Shown here: positions 1 to 10,798 of the stretch, piece by piece
How the letters are laid out: every line of letters starts with the position of its first letter
How positions within the stretch are numbered: position 1 is the first letter of the stretch
Assembly (NCBI GenBank): GCA_029561255.1
Contig: JAKQJH010000044.1
Span: 7,020 to 71,019, forward strand
From: Bacteroidota bacterium
Lineage (GTDB): Bacteria; Bacteroidota; Bacteroidia; Chitinophagales; Chitinophagaceae
Length of the DNA stretch: 64,000 nt
Direction: 5' to 3'
Position numbers and translations under genes: made by a program
The notes under the pieces: model-generated
Databases searched by the model: none
Told to the model about the DNA's origin: nothing
The model's input: only the letters and a program-made list of their open reading frames with translations

Positions 1-1706
1 CCCGCTATATTGCGGAGTTGTATTTCATTATTTTGAATAAAGGGGAAAATATCATTCCGGATATTCCGGTTGAACCAGTTACCGCTCAGACTGAATCGGT
101 AACCGACCCTTATTTCCATACCTGCCTGGAATTCGCAGTGTTCCACTGGCCGTAACCCGCTATAAGAATTTACTTCCAGTACGGGGTTATACTGATTTGC
201 TTCTTCCGGATCTAATTGCAGTAAAGACACCGCAACCAGTGATTTGCTCACGGGTAATTCACTGTTGAACCGGTTATAGGAGGTATAGAGTTTCAGACTT
301 AACTGGCTTTCATTAAAAAGGTTATTGAACCGGTGAAAGCCGGAAGCCATCGGTAACCAGTAATGGCTGCGGCTGGTATTGGAGGTAAAATATTTATAGC
401 CAAGATTGAAACCGGATTCGCTGTTGTCTCCCTGGCGGGACGGAGAAAAACTGAGGGAAAGGTCCTGTGAAGTCCGTTGGTATTGATAATCCGGATGTGC
501 AATTCCGTATCGGATGGAAGTCCGGTTATCGGCATAAATATGATTGAGATTAACCGCTGCATAATCATTGTTGCTGCCCCAGCGGAAACTGTAAGAAATG
601 TTTGATTGCAGGGAATAATTTTTATCGAGTTGAAACCGGTTGAGTACCCTGCCGGTCGGGAAACCAGCCGTTCCGGGCTGGAGGGATTCATGACTGGTCT
701 GCCGGTTATTTTCGATGGATTGCCCGAATTTGATCTTCAGATTTTTCAAACGGTATTCAGCACTGACGGCTGTACTATGTTGCTCCCGGCGGAATCCACT
801 TGATGGGTTGTCCAGCAGGAAGAGTGGGTTATCAGCGAATTGACTATAAGACCGCTGGCCATTATTCAACAAACTTCCCTGTGCATTTGAAAAACTGACT
901 GGGGTAAGCAGGCTTTGCTGGTAGAGCCGGTTTAAAAATCCATTCCGGTTGCTGTGATCATACCATTCATCCCGGTAATTGTAACTGTTGTTCAGACTGA
1001 TATTTGGTAATGAAGCGTCCAGGGTAGCTGTATAAAAACGGTATTTGTTATTGTTTTCCCGGATAAAGGTTTTCTCTTTTGTTTGTCCGGCTTTGAAACC
1101 GGCGGCCACATATTTCCCATATATATTCGGGTACTTAAAATTTATGCCCAGGTTATTGGAGAAAAAGGTGGCGGGGCGAAGGAGGCTATTATTGTAAACA
1201 GTGGTTGGTTGACCATTTCCGGTACCTGCGTTTACCAGCCGGCCATTTTGGTCATATAAATAATTACTGCCATCAAATTCCAGCAGCTGCATGGCGGGAC
1301 CATAACTGAATAATTCGTTGGTTTCGGGGCCCAGCCAATTTAGTTGTCCGTTGACCGAATGGCCCTGGGCATATTCTTTTTGTAAGGCCGGCATCCGGTT
1401 TACCCGTTGCATTTCCGCAGTTGTACTCCAGGAACCACTGATGAAAAGAGTATTATCTCCGGCCGGTTTCAGTACTAATGTACTGTCTTTCCCGATACTG
1501 ATTTTCCGGATGCGATAATTAATATAGTAGATGTTGCCGGGTACTTTCAATCTTGCCGTACGCATACTGTTACTGGAATCATTAATACGCAAGTTGTTGC
1601 TGTCATTCTGGATGAGGGCCTGGTAGTCAGCCGCATAAACCGGCTTTACTTCCTGTGCACCGGACAGGGCAGGCCATAAGCATCCTGCCAGCAGTAATCG
1701 TTTCAT
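1..1706 (-). CDS. SusC/RagA-like TonB-dependent-receptor-type outer-membrane barrel protein, runs off the left edge
   Basis: Not in the ORF track because there is no stop inside the window. Manual translation from ATG 1706 gives the signal peptide MKRLLLAGCLWPALSGAQ, then RVNRMPALQKEYAQG..WLGPETNELFSYGP..LEFDGSNYLYDQNGRLV, typical of the early SusC barrel region. Confidence 0.75.
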   Translation of the reverse strand, partial: MKRLLLAGCLWPALSGAQEVKPVYAADYQALIQNDSNNLRINDSSNSMRTARLKVPGNIYYINYRIRKISIGKDSTLVLKPAGDNTLFISGSWSTTAEMQRVNRMPALQKEYAQGHSVNGQLNWLGPETNELFSYGPAMQLLEFDGSNYLYDQNGRLVNAGTGNGQPTTVYNNSLLRPATFFSNNLGINFKYPNIYGKYVAAGFKAGQTKEKTFIRENNNKYRFYTATLDASLPNISLNNSYNYRDEWYDHSNRNGFLNRLYQQSLLTPVSFSNAQGSLLNNGQRSYSQFADNPLFLLDNPSSGFRREQHSTAVSAEYRLKNLKIKFGQSIENNRQTSHESLQPGTAGFPTGRVLNRFQLDKNYSLQSNISYSFRWGSNNDYAAVNLNHIYADNRTSIRYGIAHPDYQYQRTSQDLSLSFSPSRQGDNSESGFNLGYKYFTSNTSRSHYWLPMASGFHRFNNLFNESQLSLKLYTSYNRFNSELPVSKSLVAVSLLQLDPEEANQYNPVLEVNSYSGLRPVEHCEFQAGMEIRVGYRFSLSGNWFNRNIRNDIFPFIQNNEIQLRNIA

Positions 1707-1792
1707 AATCCCTGGTTTTGGCGTTAAAAATTCACTCTTTCTTAACGGATGCAGGGGGAAAAGGGATTACATACAGATTTGGCAGATCTGCA

Positions 1793-1826
1793 AAAAAAGA
1801 AAAACCCGGTGTTGGAACCGGGTTTT
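1793..1826 (-). terminator. Intrinsic terminator of the yeh-like operon
   Basis: AAAACCCGG-N8-CCGGGTTTT hairpin with an A-run on its left, just past the stop at 1837. Confidence 0.7.
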
Positions 1827-1836
1827 GACATCAATA

Positions 1837-4800
1837 TTAAAAGGCTGTTTTCTTTTCGGCCCTTTTTATCCGGTCAATGGCACCGATGACTTCGGCGAGG
1901 AAGATCGGGGGGAGCTGGTGAAGGGGGATCAGCTTTTCGTCATCATCACTTCGGATAGAATCATACCGGGATTTTATTTTCGATTTATCGATAAAGTATA
2001 AGCGCCCGGTCCGCTCCTGGTTGCTCCAGCCATAACCTACGCCTACACCGTCGAGTTCAAGTACGGCTTCCAGCTTTTTTTCGAAATAGAGCAGTTTAAT
2101 CGATTCAAGATAACCGCCATCACCGGTAGGGCCTTTAAACCATCCCGCTCTTTCCAGTGTGCTGCGGATGGATCCGACCGCCATTTCGGTATGCAGAAAT
2201 TTTTTGATCATTCTGGAAGACCTATCAATTCCTTCCATATCGGGTAAGGGACGATCAAGTTGAGGAAAAACCTGTTCCACCGAAAGATCGAATAACTGTC
2301 TTTTCCAGTTTTCAAGTGATGCGGGCGTCAATTGTCCCGGATGCACAATACTTATCTTCCCGGTTTCCGGTAGTGAAATCTCTTCTCCCTGTTCATCCAG
2401 CAGGCTGGTATCTTCATTACAGATGAATGTGGTAACCAGGTCTTCCTGTTCATTAAAAACACCCCAAACCAGTTTGGTGGCATAGATAAACATGACCGGG
2501 TTTTCGAGGAAAAAAGCCCGCCATTGTTCCGGGGTCCATTGCCGCTGGATCGTCAGATAGTATTCCAGCCTGGAAGATTGGGATTTAACAATATCGCGGA
2601 TTTCTTTTCCGATGTACTTGAATTCTTCTTTGAGTTCATCAGGTGCCGCCGCCGGAATGGTTTTTATTTTTTTATTGTCTTCATTGAAGAAGGCAATTTT
2701 GAATTTGCTGTCAATAAACGCACGGTATTCTTCCCCGTTGACGGTGAAATGCCGGAACAATCCCAGGAAACCGAAGTCAGGCACAATCCGGTCACCGAGT
2801 TCATGAATGGTAATGCCCAGTTCAGTGGCGGCATTTTCGAGTGATTGCAACGCGGCTTCCCCGAAATTGGGCTTTTTTGATTTGTATTTGCGGCTGTACC
2901 ATTCAATGACACGCAAAGCTTTATTGCTTTGGTGTAATGAAAGCGCTTTGATACCCAGCTCCGCCATCAGTTTACGGTTTCCTTCAATCCATTCATCAAT
3001 TCCTTTTTGCAATTGCCCTACCATTTCTTCATCGCCGAGTAATGCCGCCACACCCAGCAAAAATTTGAATTTCGCATCATAACCGGCTTCCTTGTACCGC
3101 CGCAACACTTCTTTGGCAAAGCCGGCGGACCTTTCCTTGTCAATACAGGCTATAACCGGTTTTATTTCTGCTTCTGTCGCCAGGTCTTTTACTCGTGACA
3201 TCCGGTAAAGGATAAAACGGACCTCCTCGTTGTTCAGCTGTTTGCCGCTTTTGAAAAACAAAGGAGGGAGTACACTTTCTTCCAGCCAGGGGGCCAGCTC
3301 TTTTTTCAGTTTACCTCTTTTTTTATGTGCTGCAATGACAGCAGGCAAGGTTCCTTCAGTGATTCCTGCGAGGTATTCATCACCGGCTACCACCAGCATG
3401 ATATCCCGTGTCTCATCATCTTTTTCTGTTTCAATACTGTTACGTAACGCAGTCATCGCACCAGAAGTACCGAGAATGGATAAAACCCTCGCCGCATTCA
3501 GCCGTTGCTCTGCCGTTCGGCCTTTCAATCCTTCCACGCCACGGGCTTCGGCTTCTTTATCATGCTCAGCAAGGAAAGGGATAACCGCATTTCTGCAGGC
3601 TTTGGATTGATATGCGCCAAAATTCCAGAACAGGCTGTAATCCATTTCCGCTGTATGGTTGTTAAGGATACCGGTCAGGGCTTCAATCCGTTCTTTTTCA
3701 CTGTATTCACTCGGGGTTTTTTTCAGTAATTGTTTTTGCAGCAGGGGCAAGGTCTGTTTACCCAGTGTTTCATATAAATAAGAGAACCCGGATTTCTCCA
3801 TGCAATAGTTTTTTTCATCCAGTAAATTCCAGTAATGGATGGCTTTCACCGGATCTGTATCCGACGTTAGCTTTAGGGCGAGACATAGCAACTGGATATG
3901 CCTGTATTCTCTTTTATCAGTAAAGGGGAAAAAGGTAGATGAATAATTATCGATTGATTGATCAGACAGCACTGCCGCGGGCGCAGTTTGCAGGTCAAGC
4001 ACTTTAAATACCAACCGGTTGTATTCTTCAGTAAGTGGTGAATAAGTGGAGATGGCCAGTGTCAGGTAGAGTTTTTTCAATGCGTCCTCCCCTGTTTGTT
4101 CCCCGCATTGCCGGATCCAGTTTTGATAATAGGACAGGTATTTTTCCGGATCCGTCTTTACGCAGTAGTGCATTACGTTATCAGCAATAAAAGGAGCGGT
4201 ATCGGTTTTTTCGTAGTACCTGAGATATTCAATATACTTTTCCGGGTTATAGATCTTCAACAAGGTGGCTAATGCTACGGAGAAGTCATAATAGCGCCTC
4301 TCTTTTTTTGCCACCAGTTCATCTATCTCCTGGCTGGTCCGGCTCAGATGTGCTTCTTTCACCAGGTGAAGGACCGGATTGCTGTTATTCCGCAGCATTT
4401 CCTCACTTTTTACGGGCTCCATGTTCATGAAATGACTCGCATAATTCGCAAACATATTCCCCAGTTCAATCCGGCTGAAACCCAATTGCTCCAGCAGTTC
4501 TTTCATCCGTAGATACCTTTCAGTCAGCTTGTCCAGATCAAGTTCATAGGGAACCAGGTATTGGGCTACTTTATACCTGGAGTTTTTATACATTTCGGGA
4601 TCTTTAAACAACTGTATCAGCAGTTGTTTATTTTCCGGGCTGGTTTGTTCATTAATTAATAACTCAGCAAGTCGCGCAAATTTTTCATTGAACCAGTTTT
4701 GCGGAAGCGGGGTGAGGGTGTTTGTTTCCCCGGTCAGGAAGGCTTTTACAAATCCGAGACTGGGTTCCGGATTGTAGTGATTGTAATTCGTTTCCAGCAT

Positions 4801-4842
4801 GTGCTGAAAATAGGGCTCAATAATTTCAGGTCTGAATGCCAT
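1837..4842 (-). CDS. DUF4132 domain protein (YehI/MolR-like) with HEAT-like helical region
   Basis: C-terminal ELGDRIVPDFGF..SQSSRLEYYLTIQRQWT..FLENPVM..LVWGVF..IVHP..QVFPQLDR pattern of DUF4132; last gene of a Yeh-like operon. Confidence 0.8.
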   Translation of the reverse strand: MAFRPEIIEPYFQHMLETNYNHYNPEPSLGFVKAFLTGETNTLTPLPQNWFNEKFARLAELLINEQTSPENKQLLIQLFKDPEMYKNSRYKVAQYLVPYELDLDKLTERYLRMKELLEQLGFSRIELGNMFANYASHFMNMEPVKSEEMLRNNSNPVLHLVKEAHLSRTSQEIDELVAKKERRYYDFSVALATLLKIYNPEKYIEYLRYYEKTDTAPFIADNVMHYCVKTDPEKYLSYYQNWIRQCGEQTGEDALKKLYLTLAISTYSPLTEEYNRLVFKVLDLQTAPAAVLSDQSIDNYSSTFFPFTDKREYRHIQLLCLALKLTSDTDPVKAIHYWNLLDEKNYCMEKSGFSYLYETLGKQTLPLLQKQLLKKTPSEYSEKERIEALTGILNNHTAEMDYSLFWNFGAYQSKACRNAVIPFLAEHDKEAEARGVEGLKGRTAEQRLNAARVLSILGTSGAMTALRNSIETEKDDETRDIMLVVAGDEYLAGITEGTLPAVIAAHKKRGKLKKELAPWLEESVLPPLFFKSGKQLNNEEVRFILYRMSRVKDLATEAEIKPVIACIDKERSAGFAKEVLRRYKEAGYDAKFKFLLGVAALLGDEEMVGQLQKGIDEWIEGNRKLMAELGIKALSLHQSNKALRVIEWYSRKYKSKKPNFGEAALQSLENAATELGITIHELGDRIVPDFGFLGLFRHFTVNGEEYRAFIDSKFKIAFFNEDNKKIKTIPAAAPDELKEEFKYIGKEIRDIVKSQSSRLEYYLTIQRQWTPEQWRAFFLENPVMFIYATKLVWGVFNEQEDLVTTFICNEDTSLLDEQGEEISLPETGKISIVHPGQLTPASLENWKRQLFDLSVEQVFPQLDRPLPDMEGIDRSSRMIKKFLHTEMAVGSIRSTLERAGWFKGPTGDGGYLESIKLLYFEKKLEAVLELDGVGVGYGWSNQERTGRLYFIDKSKIKSRYDSIRSDDDEKLIPLHQLPPIFLAEVIGAIDRIKRAEKKTAF

Positions 4843-4851
4843 AAGGGTACT

Positions 4852-5991
4852 TTATTTTTTTAAAATCAGGTCTTCTTTAGCGGCCCATTGTGCCAGGTCC
4901 TGTTTGCCCAGAGCCGCCGCCATCAGATCCGGAAATTTATCCGGGGTGCAGGCAAAGACCGGTACACCCAGATCAGAAAAGAATTGGGCATTGGTATGAT
5001 CATAGGAAGGAGCTCCTTCATCATTGAGGGCAAGCAATACCACCACCTGTACACCGGCGGCTGTCAGTTCCACCGCTTTTTTCCGCATTCCGTCCACTTC
5101 TCCGCCCTCATACAGATCAGTAATCAGTACCAGCACGGTGTCGGTAGGACGGGTGATCACCTGCTGACAATAACTGAGGGCGGCATGGATATCGGTACCC
5201 CCACCCAATTGCACCCCGAATAACAGGTCAACCGGATCACTGAGTTCTTCTGTCAGGTCAGCTACGGCGGTATCAAAGACCACCATCCTGGTTTTAATCG
5301 CGGGGATCGATGCCATCACGGAACCGAAGATTCCGGAGTAAACAACGGATGTACCCATGGAACCACTCTGGTCAATACAAAGAACCACATCTTTAAGCGA
5401 CGTGCGTCGCCGGCCATAACCAATCCTGGTTTCAGGAATGATCGTTTTATAATCGGGCTGGTAATGCTTCAGGTTTTTCTGAATGGTAAGATGCCAGTTG
5501 ATCTCATTATGTCTCGGACGACGGTTACGTGTACTTCGGTTCAGGCTGCCCGTAACTGCCTGCTGCATCGGTTGCATTAACTTCTTCATCAGCTGGTCCA
5601 CGACTTTCTGTACCACCTGCCGGGCCGTATCTTTTGTTTTATCGGGTATTACATTTTTCAGGCTGAGTAAGGTGGCCACTAATTGTACATCCGCTTCCAC
5701 ATTTTCCAGTAACTCTTTTTCAAACAGCAATTGCGTCAGGTCCAGTCGTTTGATCGCATCTTTCTGCATCACCTGCACCACGGTATTGGGAAAAAAATTC
5801 CGGATATCCCCCAGCCACCGGCTTACATTGGGAGAGGAGGCACCTAATCCACCCCGGCGGTCACTGTCATACAAGGCCTCCAGTGCATGATCCATTTTAA
5901 TATCGGATATGTTCAGTGCACAACCGGTACCGTCATTCTGCTGACCGCCCAGTATCAACCGCCATTTTCGTAGTTCTGTTTCTGTGGCCAT
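4852..5991 (-). CDS. vWA domain protein (YehP / VWA_CoxE-like)
   Basis: MIDAS motif DQSGSM, GGGTDI, ITDLYEGG; N-terminal RKWRLILG. Confidence 0.9.
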   Translation of the reverse strand: MATETELRKWRLILGGQQNDGTGCALNISDIKMDHALEALYDSDRRGGLGASSPNVSRWLGDIRNFFPNTVVQVMQKDAIKRLDLTQLLFEKELLENVEADVQLVATLLSLKNVIPDKTKDTARQVVQKVVDQLMKKLMQPMQQAVTGSLNRSTRNRRPRHNEINWHLTIQKNLKHYQPDYKTIIPETRIGYGRRRTSLKDVVLCIDQSGSMGTSVVYSGIFGSVMASIPAIKTRMVVFDTAVADLTEELSDPVDLLFGVQLGGGTDIHAALSYCQQVITRPTDTVLVLITDLYEGGEVDGMRKKAVELTAAGVQVVVLLALNDEGAPSYDHTNAQFFSDLGVPVFACTPDKFPDLMAAALGKQDLAQWAAKEDLILKK

Positions 5992-5995
5992 TCCT

Positions 5996-8197
5996 TCAGG
6001 GTTTATGTCCGAAAAGATTTAATATAATTTCAATTCCTTGTTTCGCTCTTTCTTCATCTATACCTGCCAGCACCGGACGATTCACCGGTCCGCCTCCCTG
6101 TCTTACCTTTTCACCGAGTTTTCTTCTTTCAGCAGCTGAATAATGAGCGAATGTCCGGCGCAACAACGGAAGCAGTTGTACAAAATTTTCTTCATCCAGT
6201 TCACTCACCCAGTTATGTACCAGTGACCAGAGATCTTCATCGATTAACAGGATGGTACCGCTGCCTTTCAGGAACCCTTCCAGCCAGGCCGCTGCCACCG
6301 CCGGCTGACCGGCAAAACTCATGGAATAGGAAAATAATTTCACCAGTTCTTCACCCTCCAGTAATTTATAGTCGGATAAAAGCCTGGTAGTGTAACCCGC
6401 CAGCAGGGGCACCGTGTTTTTATTTCGGGCAATATGGGTAAGGGTGTTTTGCCATTCACCGGTAATCTCTTCCAGCTGAAGTATACCCACGGCATCATTC
6501 ATTTTCCGGAACAACTCCACAAGAAGTGTCGCGGCATCTTCATCCACACCCACGCAGGCAGAGGGCAGACTCACACAGACCCGGGTGATCATACTTTGCA
6601 GAATGCCGGTGATCAGGCCTGCATCCGTTTTACGTACATTACCATAGCGGCTTACAGATACCAGTCCGGGTATTACTTGCAACAGTTCCATGACATCGGC
6701 ACTGGCTGCGGCCAGGTTATTGATCTGGCTGATACAGGTGTCTATGGCTTTTTCAAGTTCAGCTGGTATCAGCTCCTGCAAGAGATCGCATACGGCCACC
6801 AGGTTACTTGCTTTTTGTACCTGGTCAATGGTAAAGGCAGACGCCGCTTCTTCCGTCGTGTTACCCCAACTCCCTTTTTCTATCATTTCAATAGTAAAAG
6901 AAGGCTCCCATTGCAACCGCCATTGTTCTTTAAACGTGCCTTTACTTTTAGCATCGGATTGTTCGCCCCAACGAATACCGAGTAAGCGGAGCCGGTGCAA
7001 AAAGATACTTCTATCTAAATCATTTTCCTTACGCAGGTCAAGCGTATAATCCTTCCAGTCAGCAGTGGGTGGTAACCGCAATTTCTTTTGTTGCTTTTCA
7101 ATATCCACCTGTAATGGCGGCCTTGGAATATCCTCCGGCACGGCCCCCATTTTATTACTTACGATCAGTTCATCACCCACCAGGCTCATTTTAATTCCTT
7201 CACCATTACAGAGGATACTCTGAGTGGCTTCATTGAGTTCTTCCAGCCCTGCTTTCGATAAATTCCGTAAAGCAGCAAGTGCATTAGCCAGTCTTACCCC
7301 TTCAATTACATGCGCTACTGAGGTATCCATTTGTTGCCTGCGGAAGAGTCCAGCCACTTTGGTCATCCAGCGTGTACCGTCATCAGCCGGGTATTTCCAT
7401 ACATGTTCGTACCAGCCGGGTGATTGGATACCGGCGCCATAACCACTGAAGAAACTCAGTTTGCGGTAGGTCCAGGGAACCCAGGTGGTTTCCACTTTTA
7501 CTTTGGGTAATCCTTTCAATGTCTCTGTATCTTCTTTTACGGAAGGCATATTCACCAGGGCCGGTACATGCCAGGCGCCACAGATCACAGCAATCTGCTG
7601 AAACATTTCCCGTTCGGCCTGCCGGATCATTTTACGCATATGCGCTTCGCGGGTCTGTTCAAGCCGGTCTTCTTTAGGAGGTAATTCATCCCGGAGGGCT
7701 TGTATCGCTTCGGCAACAGCATCAAAAACGGATTCACTGTTTTGCCGGTGCTCAAACATATGTTCCCACCATTTTTCTCCATCGTCAAATCCGGCCGCCC
7801 GGCCCAGCCAGCTGATCGGATCACGGTGAAGTATATGCGCTTCTGATTCATCCTCCGGCGCATTTTTCTTTTCTTCTTCCAGGGCAAACTGATGAGCGGC
7901 CGGCAGGTCCATAAAGCGGACATGAATATTTTGCTGGCGGGCATAGCGGATGGCCTGCCACTCAGGGGAGAATTCGGCAAACGGATAGAAGGAAGATTGT
8001 TGCGGATTGCCGGGCTGGTAACAGAGAATAGCTACCGGCGGTTTTAATTCCGGGTGAATACTCCATGGCAGTATATCATCCGCTTCCGGTGGACCTTCCA
8101 CCAGTACAATATCCGGCTTCAGCTGCTCCAGGAAATCTTTTACGTTCCTGGCAGAGCCGGGGCCATGATGTCGTATACCTAATACATGTACTGCCAT
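5996..8197 (-). CDS. DUF5682 family protein (YehM-like)
   Basis: N-terminal GIRHHGPGSAR, LVEGP, REAHM, VICGAWHVPAL (TIKI/TraB-like motifs). Confidence 0.85.
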   Translation of the reverse strand: MAVHVLGIRHHGPGSARNVKDFLEQLKPDIVLVEGPPEADDILPWSIHPELKPPVAILCYQPGNPQQSSFYPFAEFSPEWQAIRYARQQNIHVRFMDLPAAHQFALEEEKKNAPEDESEAHILHRDPISWLGRAAGFDDGEKWWEHMFEHRQNSESVFDAVAEAIQALRDELPPKEDRLEQTREAHMRKMIRQAEREMFQQIAVICGAWHVPALVNMPSVKEDTETLKGLPKVKVETTWVPWTYRKLSFFSGYGAGIQSPGWYEHVWKYPADDGTRWMTKVAGLFRRQQMDTSVAHVIEGVRLANALAALRNLSKAGLEELNEATQSILCNGEGIKMSLVGDELIVSNKMGAVPEDIPRPPLQVDIEKQQKKLRLPPTADWKDYTLDLRKENDLDRSIFLHRLRLLGIRWGEQSDAKSKGTFKEQWRLQWEPSFTIEMIEKGSWGNTTEEAASAFTIDQVQKASNLVAVCDLLQELIPAELEKAIDTCISQINNLAAASADVMELLQVIPGLVSVSRYGNVRKTDAGLITGILQSMITRVCVSLPSACVGVDEDAATLLVELFRKMNDAVGILQLEEITGEWQNTLTHIARNKNTVPLLAGYTTRLLSDYKLLEGEELVKLFSYSMSFAGQPAVAAAWLEGFLKGSGTILLIDEDLWSLVHNWVSELDEENFVQLLPLLRRTFAHYSAAERRKLGEKVRQGGGPVNRPVLAGIDEERAKQGIEIILNLFGHKP

Positions 8198-8207
8198 CCT
8201 GTTTTAT

Positions 8208-9290
8208 TTAAAAGCCCTGGTCACGGCAGGCACGATATATATCTTTCCATTCATCCCTTGGTTTTACAATGGTCTCCAGGTATTCCTGCCACACCAGCCG
8301 GTCCTGCACCGGGTCTTTCACTACGGCACCGATGATACCTGCTGCCAGGTCATGGGCTTTCAGGCGGCCATCCCCAAAATAAGCAGCCATGGCCATTCCA
8401 TTATTGACAACCGAAATGGCTTCAGCGGTGCTCAATGTACCGCTGGGAGATTTGATCTTGGTCTTGCCATCGGCAGACACTCCATTGCGTAATTCACGGA
8501 ATATGGCAACTATTCTTTTGATCTCCTGAAGTGCGGGCGGTTCAGCTGGTAAGTCCATCACTTTACCAAAACTTTCGACCCGGCGCCTGACAATATCAAT
8601 TTCCTCTTCAATAGAATCCGGAACAGGAAGGATAACGGTATTAAATCGTCTTTTCAAGGCGCTGCTCAATTCATTCACGCCTTTATCACGATTATTCGCA
8701 GTTGCAATTATATTGAAACCACGTATAGATTGAATCTCTGTATTCAGTTCAGGTACGGGCAATGTTTTTTCAGATAGAATAGTGATCAGTGCATCCTGTA
8801 CATCGGCACCGATCCGGGTCAGCTCTTCAATCCGGGCAATCTTGCCATCTTTCATGGCCCGCATCACGGGTGTTTCCACTAATGCTCTTTCAGAAGGTCC
8901 TTCAGCCAGCAGCCGCGCATAGTTCCATCCATAGCGGATGGATTCTTCGCCGGTGCCCGCGGTACCTTGTACGATCAGGGTGGAATCACCACTGATCGCT
9001 GCCGCAATATGCTCACTCACCCAGCTTTTGGCTGTACCAGGTAATCCGTATAATAATAAAGCCCGGTCCGTGGTTAAAGTAGCCACGGCTACTTCCATCA
9101 ACCGTTTATTGCCGATATACTTCGGAGTTACTTCGAAACCGTTTTTCAGTTTCCCTCCCAGCAGGTACTGCACCACTGAACGGGGCGACATAAGCCAGTT
9201 GTCGGGTCTTTTATCCGTATCCTGTTTTTTCAGTTCTTCCAGTTCCGCTCCGAATAATTGTTCGGCATGTTGCCGCAGAATGCTTGCCAT
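8208..9290 (-). CDS. MoxR-type AAA+ ATPase, YehL subfamily
   Basis: Walker A GLPGTAKS, degenerate Walker B RIEELTR, ATANNRDKGVNELSSALKRRFN. Confidence 0.9.
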   Translation of the reverse strand: MASILRQHAEQLFGAELEELKKQDTDKRPDNWLMSPRSVVQYLLGGKLKNGFEVTPKYIGNKRLMEVAVATLTTDRALLLYGLPGTAKSWVSEHIAAAISGDSTLIVQGTAGTGEESIRYGWNYARLLAEGPSERALVETPVMRAMKDGKIARIEELTRIGADVQDALITILSEKTLPVPELNTEIQSIRGFNIIATANNRDKGVNELSSALKRRFNTVILPVPDSIEEEIDIVRRRVESFGKVMDLPAEPPALQEIKRIVAIFRELRNGVSADGKTKIKSPSGTLSTAEAISVVNNGMAMAAYFGDGRLKAHDLAAGIIGAVVKDPVQDRLVWQEYLETIVKPRDEWKDIYRACRDQGF

Positions 9291-9301
9291 ACAGCGTCGT
9301 T

Positions 9302-10789
9302 TTATGAGTTGAATGATTGATGGATTTGTTCTTTGAGGGATAATAATTCCCGCAGGTAATCACAGGTATTGCCCCATGCAACTGCCGGATAGGATTCGGA
9401 TGGGGTGCAACGGGTGAGTTCCGGAACCACCCCCACAGGAATTAAATGAATATGATCCCGGTAATAGGTCTTTGTGAACTGATTGGGGTTAGTGCTGGTG
9501 TACTTAAAAATGGCTTTTGTCAATGACACACTCCATTCCACCGTTGTATTGCCGACCAGCTGAATCAACGTATCACCAGCTTTTTCAAAATGTTTCAGCA
9601 GGTATTTTTCTTTCTGTTCAGGTGATAGCTGGACAATGAGGTCTAAAAAGAGACGATTTTCATCTTCGATCATCAGTGCGGCCCATTCCGGACTGGGAAA
9701 ACGGCTGGCGGCCATGCCGATGGCGCCCGTATGTTCATATCCTTCTTCAGTTTTGCAGAAAAGATCAATGATCTCCACGGGTTTCAACTGAAAATGCTGT
9801 TCCCAGAATACCGGTGGTGTAAAGGAGATCAGTTGATAAATAATAAACCGGTCATCACTGATGTTTTTTTGCGAGCTCATTTTTTGAATACCGGATTCAA
9901 AAATGGCCTCAGGCACGGAGGAAGGCAGTTTGAACTGCAGGACTGTTTTACTGGATAAGCCCATCAGGCTTCTTTCTTTTTTTACTTGTACGGCTTCGGC
10001 CAGTACCTGCTGGTAAAGCCTGATCAGTGAAGAGCCGGGAGTATGTTTGAGCAGGTTGACCGCTTCTTCTTTTACTTTTTTACTTTTTTCCGTATGTAAT
10101 GATTCGAGAAAAGAGATATCCCCTTCATTTAATCCGGTTTTCAAGACTTCAAGAAAAGCCAGTTTGCCTGCGGCATCTTCTGTGGCCCAGGTCTGCTGCA
10201 GCCAGGTTAATCCAAGAGCGGGATTAGTGCGCCTGGTTTCTTTTAAAACGGTACGACGTTGTTCCTGCGTGCCAGTCTGCCAGGTTTCTTCCGTGTTTTC
10301 ACCCCGGTAAAAATTCCAGTTTTCATTCAGCCCGCACATCCATTCTCCTCTTTTTCCACTGCAGCGTACCACTAATCCCTGCAGATACTTCTCCTGCCTG
10401 GCTTTTGAGAAAAGGGCCGGAATAAAAACAGGAGGGAAAATTTGTTCATTTTCAGCGCAGCGACGAAGCCAGTACTCCAGCAGCAGCGGAGCCTCCGCAT
10501 TCAACACCTCTTTTAATACCTGTGCGGCAACGGCACTGCAGTAAGGTTTTTCTTCTGGCTGAGCCATACTGGTGCCAATCTCTTCTTTTTGCAGAAGGGA
10601 CAGGCCGCATTGTTTATAATTCATCAGCAGGGAAGACTGTTGCAGATAGAGGATTTCTTTATCATTTCCGGATTTATCGGTCAGCATTGTCTGCACTGCA
10701 GCCAGGCTTTCCGGCAGTTGGCTGACAGAAAGGATTTTTTTATCCGTTCCGATCATGGCTGTATGTATGACGTCTTCCCAGCTTTGCAT
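9302..10789 (-). CDS. DUF5691-like helical protein
   Basis: AMIGTDK, GKRGEWMCGLNENW, WQTGTQEQR..R..NP patterns; position between the SWIM and AAA genes. Confidence 0.7.
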   Translation of the reverse strand: MQSWEDVIHTAMIGTDKKILSVSQLPESLAAVQTMLTDKSGNDKEILYLQQSSLLMNYKQCGLSLLQKEEIGTSMAQPEEKPYCSAVAAQVLKEVLNAEAPLLLEYWLRRCAENEQIFPPVFIPALFSKARQEKYLQGLVVRCSGKRGEWMCGLNENWNFYRGENTEETWQTGTQEQRRTVLKETRRTNPALGLTWLQQTWATEDAAGKLAFLEVLKTGLNEGDISFLESLHTEKSKKVKEEAVNLLKHTPGSSLIRLYQQVLAEAVQVKKERSLMGLSSKTVLQFKLPSSVPEAIFESGIQKMSSQKNISDDRFIIYQLISFTPPVFWEQHFQLKPVEIIDLFCKTEEGYEHTGAIGMAASRFPSPEWAALMIEDENRLFLDLIVQLSPEQKEKYLLKHFEKAGDTLIQLVGNTTVEWSVSLTKAIFKYTSTNPNQFTKTYYRDHIHLIPVGVVPELTRCTPSESYPAVAWGNTCDYLRELLSLKEQIHQSFNS

Positions 10790-10798
10790 GCTATTAAT

